DNA of 64,000 nucleotides from a bacterium (GTDB lineage Bacteria; UBA10199; 2-02-FULL-44-16; JAAZCA01): assembly GCA_963674695.2 (NCBI GenBank), contig CAXXGI010000002.1, positions 736,001-800,000 on the forward strand. Reading direction: 5' to 3'. Below the pieces are notes generated by a model. The model made no database searches, was not told where the DNA came from, and saw nothing but the letters and a program-made list of their open reading frames with translations. Positions 10,636 through 19,472 of this stretch are shown in pieces (position 1 is the stretch's first letter; the number at the start of each line of letters is the position of its first letter). A program made the position numbers and the translations under genes.

Positions 10636-12219
10636 ATGGCTCAAGCACTGCTCTCGAAACTTCTGGAAACCCAGCCCGATCGGGTCTTTTGCAACCTTTC
10701 CCCGGCCAAGCTCGTGGAGGTGGCCCTGCAAACCGGCGAGGGGACGTTGGCGGCCAATGGGGCGCTCGTGACCCGTACCGGCGAGCGCAGCGGGCGCTCT
10801 CCCAAAGATCGCTTTATCGTCGAGGACAAGTGGTCGAAGAAGAAGGTCGCCTGGGGGGATGTGAACCGGCCCGTCACGCAGGAGGTCTTCGACAACCTCC
10901 TGCAGGTCGCCGTCGATTATCTCGCCGAGCGCGATCGCTACGTCTTCGAGGGATTCGTGGGCGCCGATCCCAAATACCGCATGCCGATCCGCGTGATCGC
11001 CGAGAAGGCGTGGCACGCGCTCTTCGCGACGACGCTCTTCATTCGCCCCGAGGCCTCGGAGCTCAAGGGGTTCTCTCCCGAGTTCACCGTCATCGACGCG
11101 ATGGACCTCAAAATCGATCCGATGAAGTATGGCATTCGTTCCGGCACCTTCGTCGGCGTCTCCTTCGAGAAGCGCATCGTTCTCATCATCGCCAGCGGCT
11201 ACGGCGGCGAGATCAAGAAGAGCATCTTCTCGGTCATGAACGGAATGCTCCCCGAGCGCGACGTCTTTCCGATGCACTGCTCGGCAAACATCGGTCGCGA
11301 CGACGATGTCGCCCTCTTCTTCGGACTCTCCGGGACTGGCAAGACGACGCTCTCGGCCGATCCGACCCGGCGTCTCATCGGCGACGACGAGCACGGCTGG
11401 TCCGATCGCGGCATCTTCAACTTCGAGGGAGGCTGTTACGCCAAGGTCATTCGCCTCTCGCAGGAGGCGGAACCGCAGATCTACGACGCCATCCGCTTCG
11501 GTTCGCTCCTGGAGAACGTCATCGTCGATTCCACGACGCGCGCCATCGACTACGACTCCGATGCCATTACGGAGAACACGCGCGCGACCTATCCGGTCGA
11601 GCACATTCCGGCGGCGGTCATCCCCAGCGTTGGCGGTCATCCGAAGCATATCTTCTTCCTGACCTGCGATGCCTTCGGCGTGCTGCCGCCGATCGCCAAG
11701 CTCGATCCGGCGATGGCGATGTATCACTTCCTCTCCGGCTATACGGCCAAGCTCGCGGGAACGGAGGTCGGAATCGACGAGCCGCAGGCGACGTTTTCCA
11801 CCTGCTTCGGCGCGCCGTTCATGCCGCTCGATCCCACGGTCTATGCCAAGCTCCTGGGCGAGCGCATGGCCCGGCACAAGACGCAGGTTTGGCTCGTCAA
11901 CAGCGGCTGGAGTGGTGGATCCCACGGCGAGGGGAGCCGCATGAAGATCTCCATCACGCGCGCGTTGCTTTCCGCCGCACTCGAGGGGAAGCTCGATGCC
12001 GTCGGTTTCTCCCCCGATCCCATCTTCCACGTTCTCGTGCCCGATTCCTGCCCGGGCGTGCCCGCGGAGGTGCTCACCCCCCGCAACACCTGGCGCGACA
12101 AGGCGGCCTACGATCGCAAGGCCGCGGAGCTTGCTGAGCGTTTCCAGAAGAACTTCGCGCAGTACGCCGATCACGCGGGGGATAACGTTTGCGCCGCCGG
12201 TCCGAAGATCGATCGTTGA
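10636..12219 (+). CDS. pckA: Phosphoenolpyruvate carboxykinase (ATP)
   Basis: GRSPKDRFIV, YGGEIKKSIFS, MHCSAN, GLSGTGKTTLS, IGDDEHGW, NFEGGCYAK, ENTRATYP. Confidence 0.97.
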   Translation: MAQALLSKLLETQPDRVFCNLSPAKLVEVALQTGEGTLAANGALVTRTGERSGRSPKDRFIVEDKWSKKKVAWGDVNRPVTQEVFDNLLQVAVDYLAERDRYVFEGFVGADPKYRMPIRVIAEKAWHALFATTLFIRPEASELKGFSPEFTVIDAMDLKIDPMKYGIRSGTFVGVSFEKRIVLIIASGYGGEIKKSIFSVMNGMLPERDVFPMHCSANIGRDDDVALFFGLSGTGKTTLSADPTRRLIGDDEHGWSDRGIFNFEGGCYAKVIRLSQEAEPQIYDAIRFGSLLENVIVDSTTRAIDYDSDAITENTRATYPVEHIPAAVIPSVGGHPKHIFFLTCDAFGVLPPIAKLDPAMAMYHFLSGYTAKLAGTEVGIDEPQATFSTCFGAPFMPLDPTVYAKLLGERMARHKTQVWLVNSGWSGGSHGEGSRMKISITRALLSAALEGKLDAVGFSPDPIFHVLVPDSCPGVPAEVLTPRNTWRDKAAYDRKAAELAERFQKNFAQYADHAGDNVCAAGPKIDR

Positions 12220-12263
12220 CGTCCACGGGCCCTGGCGGGTACAGTAGGGCGCACGGGGGGACG

Positions 12264-12884
12264 ATGCGCCGGATACAGAACGAATACGGCTATTTCTGGC
12301 TGAAACGCCTGCACGACGTCTCCGGCGTGTTGCTGGCTGGGGCGTTCATCCTGCTCTTTCTGCTCCCCTGGTCATCGGCATTCGGCGGTTCGGCTGCCTT
12401 CGATCGCACGATGATGGCCCTGCATCGGCTTCCGCTCTATGATCTCGTCACCACGGTTGTCGTCGGCGTCCTCATCCTTTTTCACATCGCTGTCGGCGTT
12501 CTCATCCTCTACGAATCACGCGCTAACATCATCGCCTATCCCTTCTCAGGGAATGCGATGTATCTCATCCGCCGCGCGACGGGGCTTTTGCTCATCCCCT
12601 TCGTCCTCTATCAGCTCTACGTGACGCGGCTGGGTTCGGCGGCCTCCGGGGCGACGCTCACCTTTCGCACCCTCCAGCAGATCTTTGCGCCGCTCTGGAT
12701 GAAGGTGATCGCGGTCGGCGGCATGATCTGCTTGGCGCTCTATTGCGCGGCGGGTCTGCACGCCATGCTCTCTCGCTGGGGGGCAACCGCTTCACGGCGT
12801 TCGCGCGAGGCCAGCGCCATCGTCGCGGCGATCATCGGTATTGTGCTGGGCGGATGGGGCGTGGCCATCCTCCTCGCGTTCTAG
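12264..12884 (+). CDS. sdhC: Succinate dehydrogenase cytochrome b558-like subunit (Bacillus-type, heme ligands degenerate)
   Basis: YFWLKRLHDVSG N-terminus, about five TM helices, upstream of sdhA/sdhB homologs. Confidence 0.75.
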   Translation: MRRIQNEYGYFWLKRLHDVSGVLLAGAFILLFLLPWSSAFGGSAAFDRTMMALHRLPLYDLVTTVVVGVLILFHIAVGVLILYESRANIIAYPFSGNAMYLIRRATGLLLIPFVLYQLYVTRLGSAASGATLTFRTLQQIFAPLWMKVIAVGGMICLALYCAAGLHAMLSRWGATASRRSREASAIVAAIIGIVLGGWGVAILLAF

Positions 12885-12891
12885 GAGACAC

Positions 12892-14634
12892 ATGCGGGAC
12901 AAGCGTGCAGAGATTCTCATCATCGGTGCGGGGGCTGCGGGCTCCATGGCGGCGCTCGCTGCCATCGAGCAGGGCGCGCACGTCACGATGCTCTCGCGCG
13001 ATCACCCCTATCGCGCCACGACCGCGACGCGCCATTCCGGCATCGCGGCGGCGCTCGACTTGCACGGCGAGGGAGACAGCCCTGCGCTGCATGCCCAGGA
13101 GACGATCGTCGGCGGCGACTTCCTGGCCGACCAGTCGATGGTCGCGCGCATGACCGATGCCGCGCCGGCCATCGCGGGGCTGATGCAGCGCATGGGGATC
13201 GTCTTCGATCGTACCGCCGAGGGAGGCATATCTCTCCTGGCGGGAACCGGGTTTTCGAAGGCGCGCACGCTCCGGGCCGGGGTGACGACAGGGCAGGAGG
13301 TGGCGCGCGTGCTGGCGGGGCAGCTTCTGCGTGCACGGCATGAGGAGCGGCTGGCCTGGTACTCCGGTTGGGAATTGCTCTCCCTGCTCAAGGACGAGTC
13401 GGGACTCGTGCGCGGCGTTGTGGCCGCGAACCGGAGAAGCCTGGAAGTGCGCCTCTTTTCCGGCGATGCGGTGGTGCTGGCTGCCGGCGGTTTTGCCGGG
13501 CTCTTCGCTGATTCCAGTGCTCCCCTCGATGCGGATGGCGCCGCGCTCGCGACCTGTTTTCAACAGGGGGCCCATCTCTCCAATCCGGAGTTCGTCCAGG
13601 TCCATCCCTTTACGATTTTGACCCGAGGCAAGCGTCGTCCGGTTCCGGAATATCTCTTGGCCGAGGGGACGCGCGTCTTCTGCTGGCGCGAAGGGCGCCC
13701 CTGGTACGTTCTGGAAGAACGCTGTGCACCGCTTGGCGCACGCGTGCCGCACGATGTGGCCCTGCGCGCTCTGCGCGAGGCCGCCCGCGAGGTCGGGGAT
13801 GAGCGCGCGACGATCGCCCTGGACTGCTCTGCACTCGATCCGATGGATCTCGAGCAATGGCTCGGCTCACCCCAGCCGGAGGTCGTATCGGATGAAGAAG
13901 TGGTTTCGGCCGAAGCCCCGCTGGGAGTGGAGCCGGCGATCGTTCGAACGCTCGGGGGACTCACCGTCGATGCCGACCATGCGACGACGCTCTCCGGTCT
14001 CTTCGCTGCCGGCGATTGCACCGCGGCCTATCATGGCGCCTGCGCGCTCCCCGCAAACGAAATCCTCGCCGCCCTGCAGGGGGGACTCGTCGCCGGTCGT
14101 TCCGCGGCGGCGTATGCCGATCGAAGCGGCGCGGGTCTGGGCGACATTCCGCAATCGGTGCGCGATGCCGCGCTTGCACGCGAGGAGGACCGCCACGCAC
14201 AGATCTATGCACGCGAGGGCGATGAAAACATTCGGGGCATTCGCCGTGATCTCCATGAAGCGATGCGCGATGCGTTTCAGGAGGGCATCGACGATGCGGC
14301 CTTGGTGAAGACCGAGGAGCGCCTGGAGATTTTGCGCCAGCGCCTGGATCACGCGGCGCTTGCCGATACGGCGCACTGGGCCAATCCCGAACTCTTCGCT
14401 GCGCGACATCTCGAGGCCGCCTTCGATCTGGCCCGAGCGACGATCGCCGCTGCCCGCGCACGTCAGGAGAGCCGCGGCGTCTTCTTCAAACCCGCCCACC
14501 CGAAACGCGACGATGCGAACTGGTTGGTGACGACGAAGGTCTCACTGGCAAACGGCCAGGTGCAGTTGGATCATTCCGAGCGCATCGACACCTCGATTAT
14601 CGAGCCGACGGTGCGAACGTATGAAGGGCGTTAA
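12892..14634 (+). CDS. sdhA: Succinate dehydrogenase flavoprotein-like protein (catalytically degenerate)
   Basis: IIGAGAAG, GGDFLADQ, EFVQVHP, GLFAAGDC, RQESRG..RDDANWL, C-terminal RTY. Confidence 0.8.
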   Translation: MRDKRAEILIIGAGAAGSMAALAAIEQGAHVTMLSRDHPYRATTATRHSGIAAALDLHGEGDSPALHAQETIVGGDFLADQSMVARMTDAAPAIAGLMQRMGIVFDRTAEGGISLLAGTGFSKARTLRAGVTTGQEVARVLAGQLLRARHEERLAWYSGWELLSLLKDESGLVRGVVAANRRSLEVRLFSGDAVVLAAGGFAGLFADSSAPLDADGAALATCFQQGAHLSNPEFVQVHPFTILTRGKRRPVPEYLLAEGTRVFCWREGRPWYVLEERCAPLGARVPHDVALRALREAAREVGDERATIALDCSALDPMDLEQWLGSPQPEVVSDEEVVSAEAPLGVEPAIVRTLGGLTVDADHATTLSGLFAAGDCTAAYHGACALPANEILAALQGGLVAGRSAAAYADRSGAGLGDIPQSVRDAALAREEDRHAQIYAREGDENIRGIRRDLHEAMRDAFQEGIDDAALVKTEERLEILRQRLDHAALADTAHWANPELFAARHLEAAFDLARATIAAARARQESRGVFFKPAHPKRDDANWLVTTKVSLANGQVQLDHSERIDTSIIEPTVRTYEGR

Positions 14635-14636
14635 CG

Positions 14637-15377
14637 ATGGAAACGATTCTCCTCAAAGTGAAGCGACAGGATGACCCGAGCGATCTCCCCTACTGGGAGG
14701 AGTTCGAGGTAGAGCTGACGCCAGAGATGACGGTGCTCGCGGCATTGCAGGCGGTGGGGCGCGCGCCGGAGACGCTCGAAGGCCATCGCACCGCGCCCAT
14801 CGTCTTTGATGCAAACTGCGGCGAGGGTATCTGCGGCGCCTGTGCCATGCGCATCAACGGCAAGGTGCGCCTGGCCTGCCACACGCTCGTGGCCGAGCTG
14901 GACGAGCCCATCGTCTGCGAGCCGATGGAGAGTTTTCCGGTCGTGCGCGATCTGATCGTCGATCGCGACCGGCTCTTCGATGCGCTCGAGCGCGGGCGTT
15001 GCTGGATCACGCTCGATGGTCTGGAGGGACGCTCGGTGCCGGATTTGTGGAAGACGCCCGCCGAGGGGCTCGATGCCTTTCTCGGGTGTTGTCTCTGTGG
15101 GGCCTGTGCGGATGCCTGTCCGCAGGTGAATGAACGCACGGCGTTCATGGGCGCAGCGCTCTTTGCTCACGTTTGGCTTTTCAACCTCCATTCGCATGGA
15201 ACGCGGGAACGCGATCTGCGTCTGGGCGCTGTTGCTGCGCGCGGGGGTGTGGCCGACTGCGCGGGGACACGCAACTGCGATCTCGTCTGCCCGCAGGGGA
15301 TCGACCTGGCCGGCATCATGTCCCGGACGGGTGCGGCGGTGATGGGCGCTGCTTTTAGGTCATTTTTCCGGGGTTAG
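14637..15377 (+). CDS. sdhB: Succinate dehydrogenase iron-sulfur subunit
   Basis: CGEGICGAC..RLAC (2Fe-2S), FPVVRDLIVDR, CCLCGACADACP, CAGTRNCDLVCP. Confidence 0.88.
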   Translation: METILLKVKRQDDPSDLPYWEEFEVELTPEMTVLAALQAVGRAPETLEGHRTAPIVFDANCGEGICGACAMRINGKVRLACHTLVAELDEPIVCEPMESFPVVRDLIVDRDRLFDALERGRCWITLDGLEGRSVPDLWKTPAEGLDAFLGCCLCGACADACPQVNERTAFMGAALFAHVWLFNLHSHGTRERDLRLGAVAARGGVADCAGTRNCDLVCPQGIDLAGIMSRTGAAVMGAAFRSFFRG

Positions 15378-15429
15378 GGTATGTTCTCATTTGACCATAA
15401 CCCTCTAAAACAAAAGGAGTCTTGGCTTT

Positions 15430-15500
15430 TGTCATCCCCGCGAAAGCGGGGATCTCGATTGGCCATTACAAGCGAGATTCCCGCTTTCGCGGGAATGACA
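15430..15500. repeat. REP-like doublet, family A
   Basis: TGTCATCCCCGCGAAAGCGGGGATCTCG...CGAGATTCCCGCTTTCGCGGGAATGACA. Confidence 0.85.
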
Positions 15501-15582
15501 CCTTGCAAAATGAGGACACGTCCTAGCTATATCGACGGGTCTTTGGTATAGGGGATCCGTCGATTTCATAAAAGGAGGCGGT

Positions 15583-16158
15583 ATGAAAAAGGGACTTTTG
15601 TTTGTGGTCGTCGCGCTCATCGCATCGATGGCGGTCTTTGGATGTGAGAAGGCGCAGATGAAGGAGACGATCGAAGGGGCCGTAGGCGATGCGATGGATA
15701 CGGCTCCCGAGATGGGCGTCGAATCCCCCGCGCCGAATCTGCCGGCGACGGTTGCGACGATCGTCCTGGACGCAAATGGAAAGAAGAACTGCTTCGACGT
15801 CTGGGTCGCCACGACCGATGCGGAGCGCATGACGGGGCTCATGAACCGCGAGTCGTTGCCGGAAGAGGGCGGCATGTGGTTCGTCATGTCTGAGGGGCAG
15901 TGCGATAACCCGTCCGGCGAGAACTGCAATTTCTGGATGAAGGACACGGAGATCCCGCTCGACGTCATCTTCGTCAGCAAGGAGATGAAGGTCGCCAGCA
16001 TCTTCCCGGACGCCGTCCCTGGATCGCTCGATATGATTGCCTCGGATGCGCCCTATCAGTATGTCCTGGAGATCAACGGCGGCATGGCTGCTGAGATGGG
16101 TCTCAAGGCAGGCGATGCCGTTACCAAACAGATCGGGCATGACGGTTGCAGCGAATGA
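15583..16158 (+). CDS. DUF192-family lipoprotein
   Basis: Lipobox VFGC; ERMTGLMNRESLPEEGGMWF..FWMKDTEIPLDVIF..YVLEINGG. Confidence 0.88.
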   Translation: MKKGLLFVVVALIASMAVFGCEKAQMKETIEGAVGDAMDTAPEMGVESPAPNLPATVATIVLDANGKKNCFDVWVATTDAERMTGLMNRESLPEEGGMWFVMSEGQCDNPSGENCNFWMKDTEIPLDVIFVSKEMKVASIFPDAVPGSLDMIASDAPYQYVLEINGGMAAEMGLKAGDAVTKQIGHDGCSE

Positions 16159-16171
16159 CGACGACATCTGG

Positions 16172-16215
16172 ATAGAAAAAACCCGGTGCGGGATTCCGCA
16201 CCGGGTTTTTTCTAT
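16172..16215. terminator. Bidirectional intrinsic terminator
   Basis: ATAGAAAAAACCCGGTGCGG-GATT-CCGCACCGGGTTTTTTCTAT between convergent genes. Confidence 0.85.
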
Positions 16216-16220
16216 GGATG

Positions 16221-16297
16221 TGTCATTCCCGCGAAAGCGGGAATCTCGCTTTGTGCTTTCTCGGCTGGATCCCCGATTGAATCACTCGGGGATGACA
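16221..16297. repeat. REP-like doublet, family A
   Basis: TGTCATTCCCGCGAAAGCGGGAATC...GGATCCCCG..CGGGGATGACA. Confidence 0.8.
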
Positions 16298-16302
16298 GTC
16301 GA

Positions 16303-17334
16303 TCAGGGCTTCTTCGCTTCCGGTTTCTTTTCCAACTCTTTCATCGCCTTTTCCTTCACCTGCTGCGCCGCGGCCTTTACATCCTTCACGCCTTCAGCGG
16401 CGGGGGCCTCCATCTTCTTGACCGGTGCGGCGGCGGGCGCGTCCTTCTTGGCTTTTTCTGCGGCGGCCTTCGCTTTTTCCTCGGCCGGATAGACGATGGT
16501 CGCTTCTTTCTTCAAACGCGTGAGGAGGGCCTGACGCGCATCGTTGCGTACCTTGAAGACGATGGCCTGCTTGGCTTCGTCGAACGGCTCCAGCTCGATG
16601 CCGCGGGTGATGGTGATGAGCGAATAGCCCTTGTCGGTCTTGATCGGGCCGGAGACTTCGCCCACTTTCATCGTGAAGGCCTTCTCGAGCAGCGGTTCAT
16701 ATCCGCGTGCCACCAGCCGTCGGTCATCCTTGGAGACGAGTCCCAGCTCGCCACCGCGAGCCTTAGAGGTGACATCTTCGGAGAATTCGCGTGCGGCTTG
16801 GGCAAAGGGCATGCCGCCATCGATCTTGGCCTTCACCTCCGTTGCAAGCTCCAGCGCCTGTTTTTCGGTGTGCATGCCCTTCTTGTCCTTGGCCTTCTTG
16901 ATTTCGGCAGGCGTTTCAAACTTGATCAGAATTTGCGCGACGGAGAGTTTTTTGAACTCGTCCTGATGTTCATCATAGTATTTATTCGCGGCCTTCTCGA
17001 TGGCATCATCGACGAGCGACTGCGCGATGATGACGCGCCGATAGAGGTCGACCTTGGCCTTCACGGCCTGATCGCGATTGATCCCCTCTTTGACGGCTTC
17101 CTGATAGAGCAGGTCTTGTTCGACGAGATTGTCGAGGATGCGCTTTTGGCCGGCAGGACTGGCCAACTGCGCCTGGATGCGCGGGTTGACTTCACCCAGG
17201 AATTTGAGGTCGCCCTCGGTGATCTTCGTTCCGTTGACGTCGACGATCACTTCACCCGACGAAGTGCCCTTGCTGCAGCCGGCGATTCCGGCAACCAGGA
17301 TAATGATGGCGATGAGTCCAGTCAGACGCTTCAT
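16303..17334 (-). CDS. Parvulin/PpiC-type peptidyl-prolyl isomerase lipoprotein (PrsA-like)
   Basis: Lipobox IAGC; FAQAAREFSED..GGELG..GEVSGPIKTDKGY; Lys/Ala-rich tail. Confidence 0.88.
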   Translation of the reverse strand: MKRLTGLIAIIILVAGIAGCSKGTSSGEVIVDVNGTKITEGDLKFLGEVNPRIQAQLASPAGQKRILDNLVEQDLLYQEAVKEGINRDQAVKAKVDLYRRVIIAQSLVDDAIEKAANKYYDEHQDEFKKLSVAQILIKFETPAEIKKAKDKKGMHTEKQALELATEVKAKIDGGMPFAQAAREFSEDVTSKARGGELGLVSKDDRRLVARGYEPLLEKAFTMKVGEVSGPIKTDKGYSLITITRGIELEPFDEAKQAIVFKVRNDARQALLTRLKKEATIVYPAEEKAKAAAEKAKKDAPAAAPVKKMEAPAAEGVKDVKAAAQQVKEKAMKELEKKPEAKKP

Positions 17335-17423
17335 AGTTCCTCCCCATACAAGATGTTGATAATCAAAAGAATTGGCATCTTATACACCCGCGCTCCGGCC
17401 CCTGTCAAACCAGGATGTCGGCA

Positions 17424-17696
17424 TTAGGGTGTTATGCGAAAGGATCCCGCCATGCCCTCCGGTTCCTCCCAGGAGACATCGACCGCATCGACCCGAGCGG
17501 CGGGTGGTCCCTGGCGGCACCAGGCCAGAAACTGTTCGAGCGCCTCGCGGGGGCCTTCGGCGACCGCCTCGACCGCGCCGTCCGGGAGGTTGCGCACCCA
17601 TCCGGAAAGCCCCAGCTTGTGGCCCCTCTCCTGCGTATGCGCCCGAAAGAAGACCCCCTGCACGCGACCATGAACGATGAGGTGAATGCGTTCCAT
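17424..17696 (-). CDS. acyP: Acylphosphatase
   Basis: [11 protein letters not shown]...[12 protein letters not shown]...GPPAARV. Confidence 0.93.
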   Translation of the reverse strand: MERIHLIVHGRVQGVFFRAHTQERGHKLGLSGWVRNLPDGAVEAVAEGPREALEQFLAWCRQGPPAARVDAVDVSWEEPEGMAGSFRITP

Positions 17697-17759
17697 ATCT
17701 TAAGCTGATGCCAAGCTTCACGGTCGAACGCAAGAATTCGTTGCGAATACGATGCGCTC

Positions 17760-17847
17760 GTGAGATGGCTGAATGGTGAGATCGCTAAAACCAGAGTGCT
17801 TTTTAGCTATCTCACGATTTAGCTATCTCACTATCTCACGATCTCAC
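17760..17847. repeat. Two-armed degenerate 8-mer tandem element
   Basis: gtgagatggctgaatggtgagatcgctaaaa...ttttagctatctcacgatttagctatctcactatctcacgatctcac. Confidence 0.65.
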
Positions 17848-17853
17848 AAAACC

Positions 17854-18309
17854 ATGCGCATTCTTTGTCTCGACATCGGCAGCAAACGCATCGGGGTCGC
17901 CGCGACCGACCCGATGGGGTGGACCGCCCAAGGGCAGGGCGTCATCATCCGGCGCGGCGATGAACGCGACTTCGAGGCGGTGGCTGAATATTGTCGTGAT
18001 CTGGAACCACAGTTCATCCTCGTCGGTTTGCCGCTCGATGCGGAGAGCGAGCGCGGTCCGCAGGCCAAGAAGGTCGAGGGTTTCGTCGATCGATTGAAGC
18101 GCTATCTGGGCGAACACGACATCGACCTGCCGGTGACCTATTGGGACGAACGCTATTCCACGGCGGAGGCCGAGCAGCGCCTGATCGATGCGGATGTGAG
18201 CCGCGCCAAGCGCAGGGCCGTGATCGACAAGATGGCGGCGGTGGTCATCCTGGAAGACTATCTGGATGTGCATCCATTGTCGGATGACAGCGAGGGGGGG
18301 GGCGGATGA
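17854..18309 (+). CDS. ruvX: Holliday junction resolvase-like RuvX/YqgF
   Basis: LCLDIGSKRIGVA..VGLP..WDERYST..IDKMAAVVILE. Confidence 0.94.
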   Translation: MRILCLDIGSKRIGVAATDPMGWTAQGQGVIIRRGDERDFEAVAEYCRDLEPQFILVGLPLDAESERGPQAKKVEGFVDRLKRYLGEHDIDLPVTYWDERYSTAEAEQRLIDADVSRAKRRAVIDKMAAVVILEDYLDVHPLSDDSEGGGG

Positions 18310-19349
18310 GTTTTGTGCGGAAAACGGTGCTGATGGTCCTGGCGGTGGTGTTGCTCGTCGGTGTCGCCGTCGGGGGGGTGGTCTATTACGGCGCCACCCG
18401 TTGGCATTCGCGCATGGATGTGCGCGTGGAGGTCGATCGCGGCATGAGCCTGCGCGGCATTGCCGATCGCTTGTCGGCGCATGGCGTGATCCGCACGCCC
18501 ACGCTCTTCGAGTTGCTCGGCCGGACCAAGGGGATGTCCCGGAAACTCAAGGCGGGGTTCTATGAATTCCCCGCGGGCACGACGATGATGACGGCGATGG
18601 CGCGGCTCGAGCGCGGCGAGGTGATCGAGTATCCCTTCACGATCATCGAGGGGTGGACGATCAGTGATATCGCCCAGCATCTGGGGGGCCAGCCCTTTCT
18701 CGCCTCATCCGACGTTCCGGATGAGGTTGCGCGTCTGGCGCGCGATCCGGGGTTTGTCGAAGAGTTGGGACTTTCGCCGGCAAAGACCTTGGAAGGGTAT
18801 CTCTTTCCCGAGACCTATCAGTTTGCAAACGCGGTGACGGCCGCGAGTTTTTTGCATCGACTCGTCGATCAGTTTCGCGAGGTCTGGAAGTCGATCGACG
18901 ACGATGCGACCGAGCGGCTGGGGCTTACCGAGCAGCAGATCGTCACGCTCGCCTCGATCGTGGAGAAGGAGACGGGGGCCAAGGTGGAGCGCGCACGCAT
19001 TGCGGGCGTCTTCTTCAATCGGCTGAACAAGAAGATGCCGCTGCAGAGCGACCCGACGATCATCTACGGCCTGCCGAACTTCGATGGCAACCTGCGCAAG
19101 CGCGATCTGGCCAATCCCCATCGGTATAACACCTATGTCCATGGCGGTCTGCCGCCAGGGCCGATCTGCAATCCGGGACGCGCCGCGCTCGAAGCGGTTC
19201 TGCACCCGGAGGCGACCCGCGCGCTCTACTTCGTTTCGCGCAACGATGGGACGCACGTCTTCTCCGAGACGCTGACCGATCACAATCGGGCCGTGCAACG
19301 CTTCCAGGTCGAGCTGAAGGGCCGCCCGGAGAACGCCAAAAAACGCTGA
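18306..19349 (+). CDS. mltG: Endolytic transglycosylase MltG
   Basis: N-terminal TM; LEGYLFPETY, LASIVEKE, LQSDPT, YNTY..GLPPGPICNPG. Confidence 0.95.
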   Translation: MSFVRKTVLMVLAVVLLVGVAVGGVVYYGATRWHSRMDVRVEVDRGMSLRGIADRLSAHGVIRTPTLFELLGRTKGMSRKLKAGFYEFPAGTTMMTAMARLERGEVIEYPFTIIEGWTISDIAQHLGGQPFLASSDVPDEVARLARDPGFVEELGLSPAKTLEGYLFPETYQFANAVTAASFLHRLVDQFREVWKSIDDDATERLGLTEQQIVTLASIVEKETGAKVERARIAGVFFNRLNKKMPLQSDPTIIYGLPNFDGNLRKRDLANPHRYNTYVHGGLPPGPICNPGRAALEAVLHPEATRALYFVSRNDGTHVFSETLTDHNRAVQRFQVELKGRPENAKKR

Positions 19350-19401
19350 GTTTTCATGCGGTTCGATGGTTGTCCCCCTCCATTTTTGTGTCATTTTTCA
19401 C

Positions 19402-19428
19402 GCAACAAATGTGACGCTGCGCCGATAC
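19402..19428 (+). promoter_or_regulatory. Sigma28-like promoter GCAACAAA-N11-GCCGATAC
   Basis: 7/8 match to the FliA -10 element with canonical spacing, 44 bp before ORF 19473. Confidence 0.55.
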
Positions 19429-19472
19429 AAGGTTGCTGGCGACAAACCCAGTTTGTATCTGGATAGGGCGGA

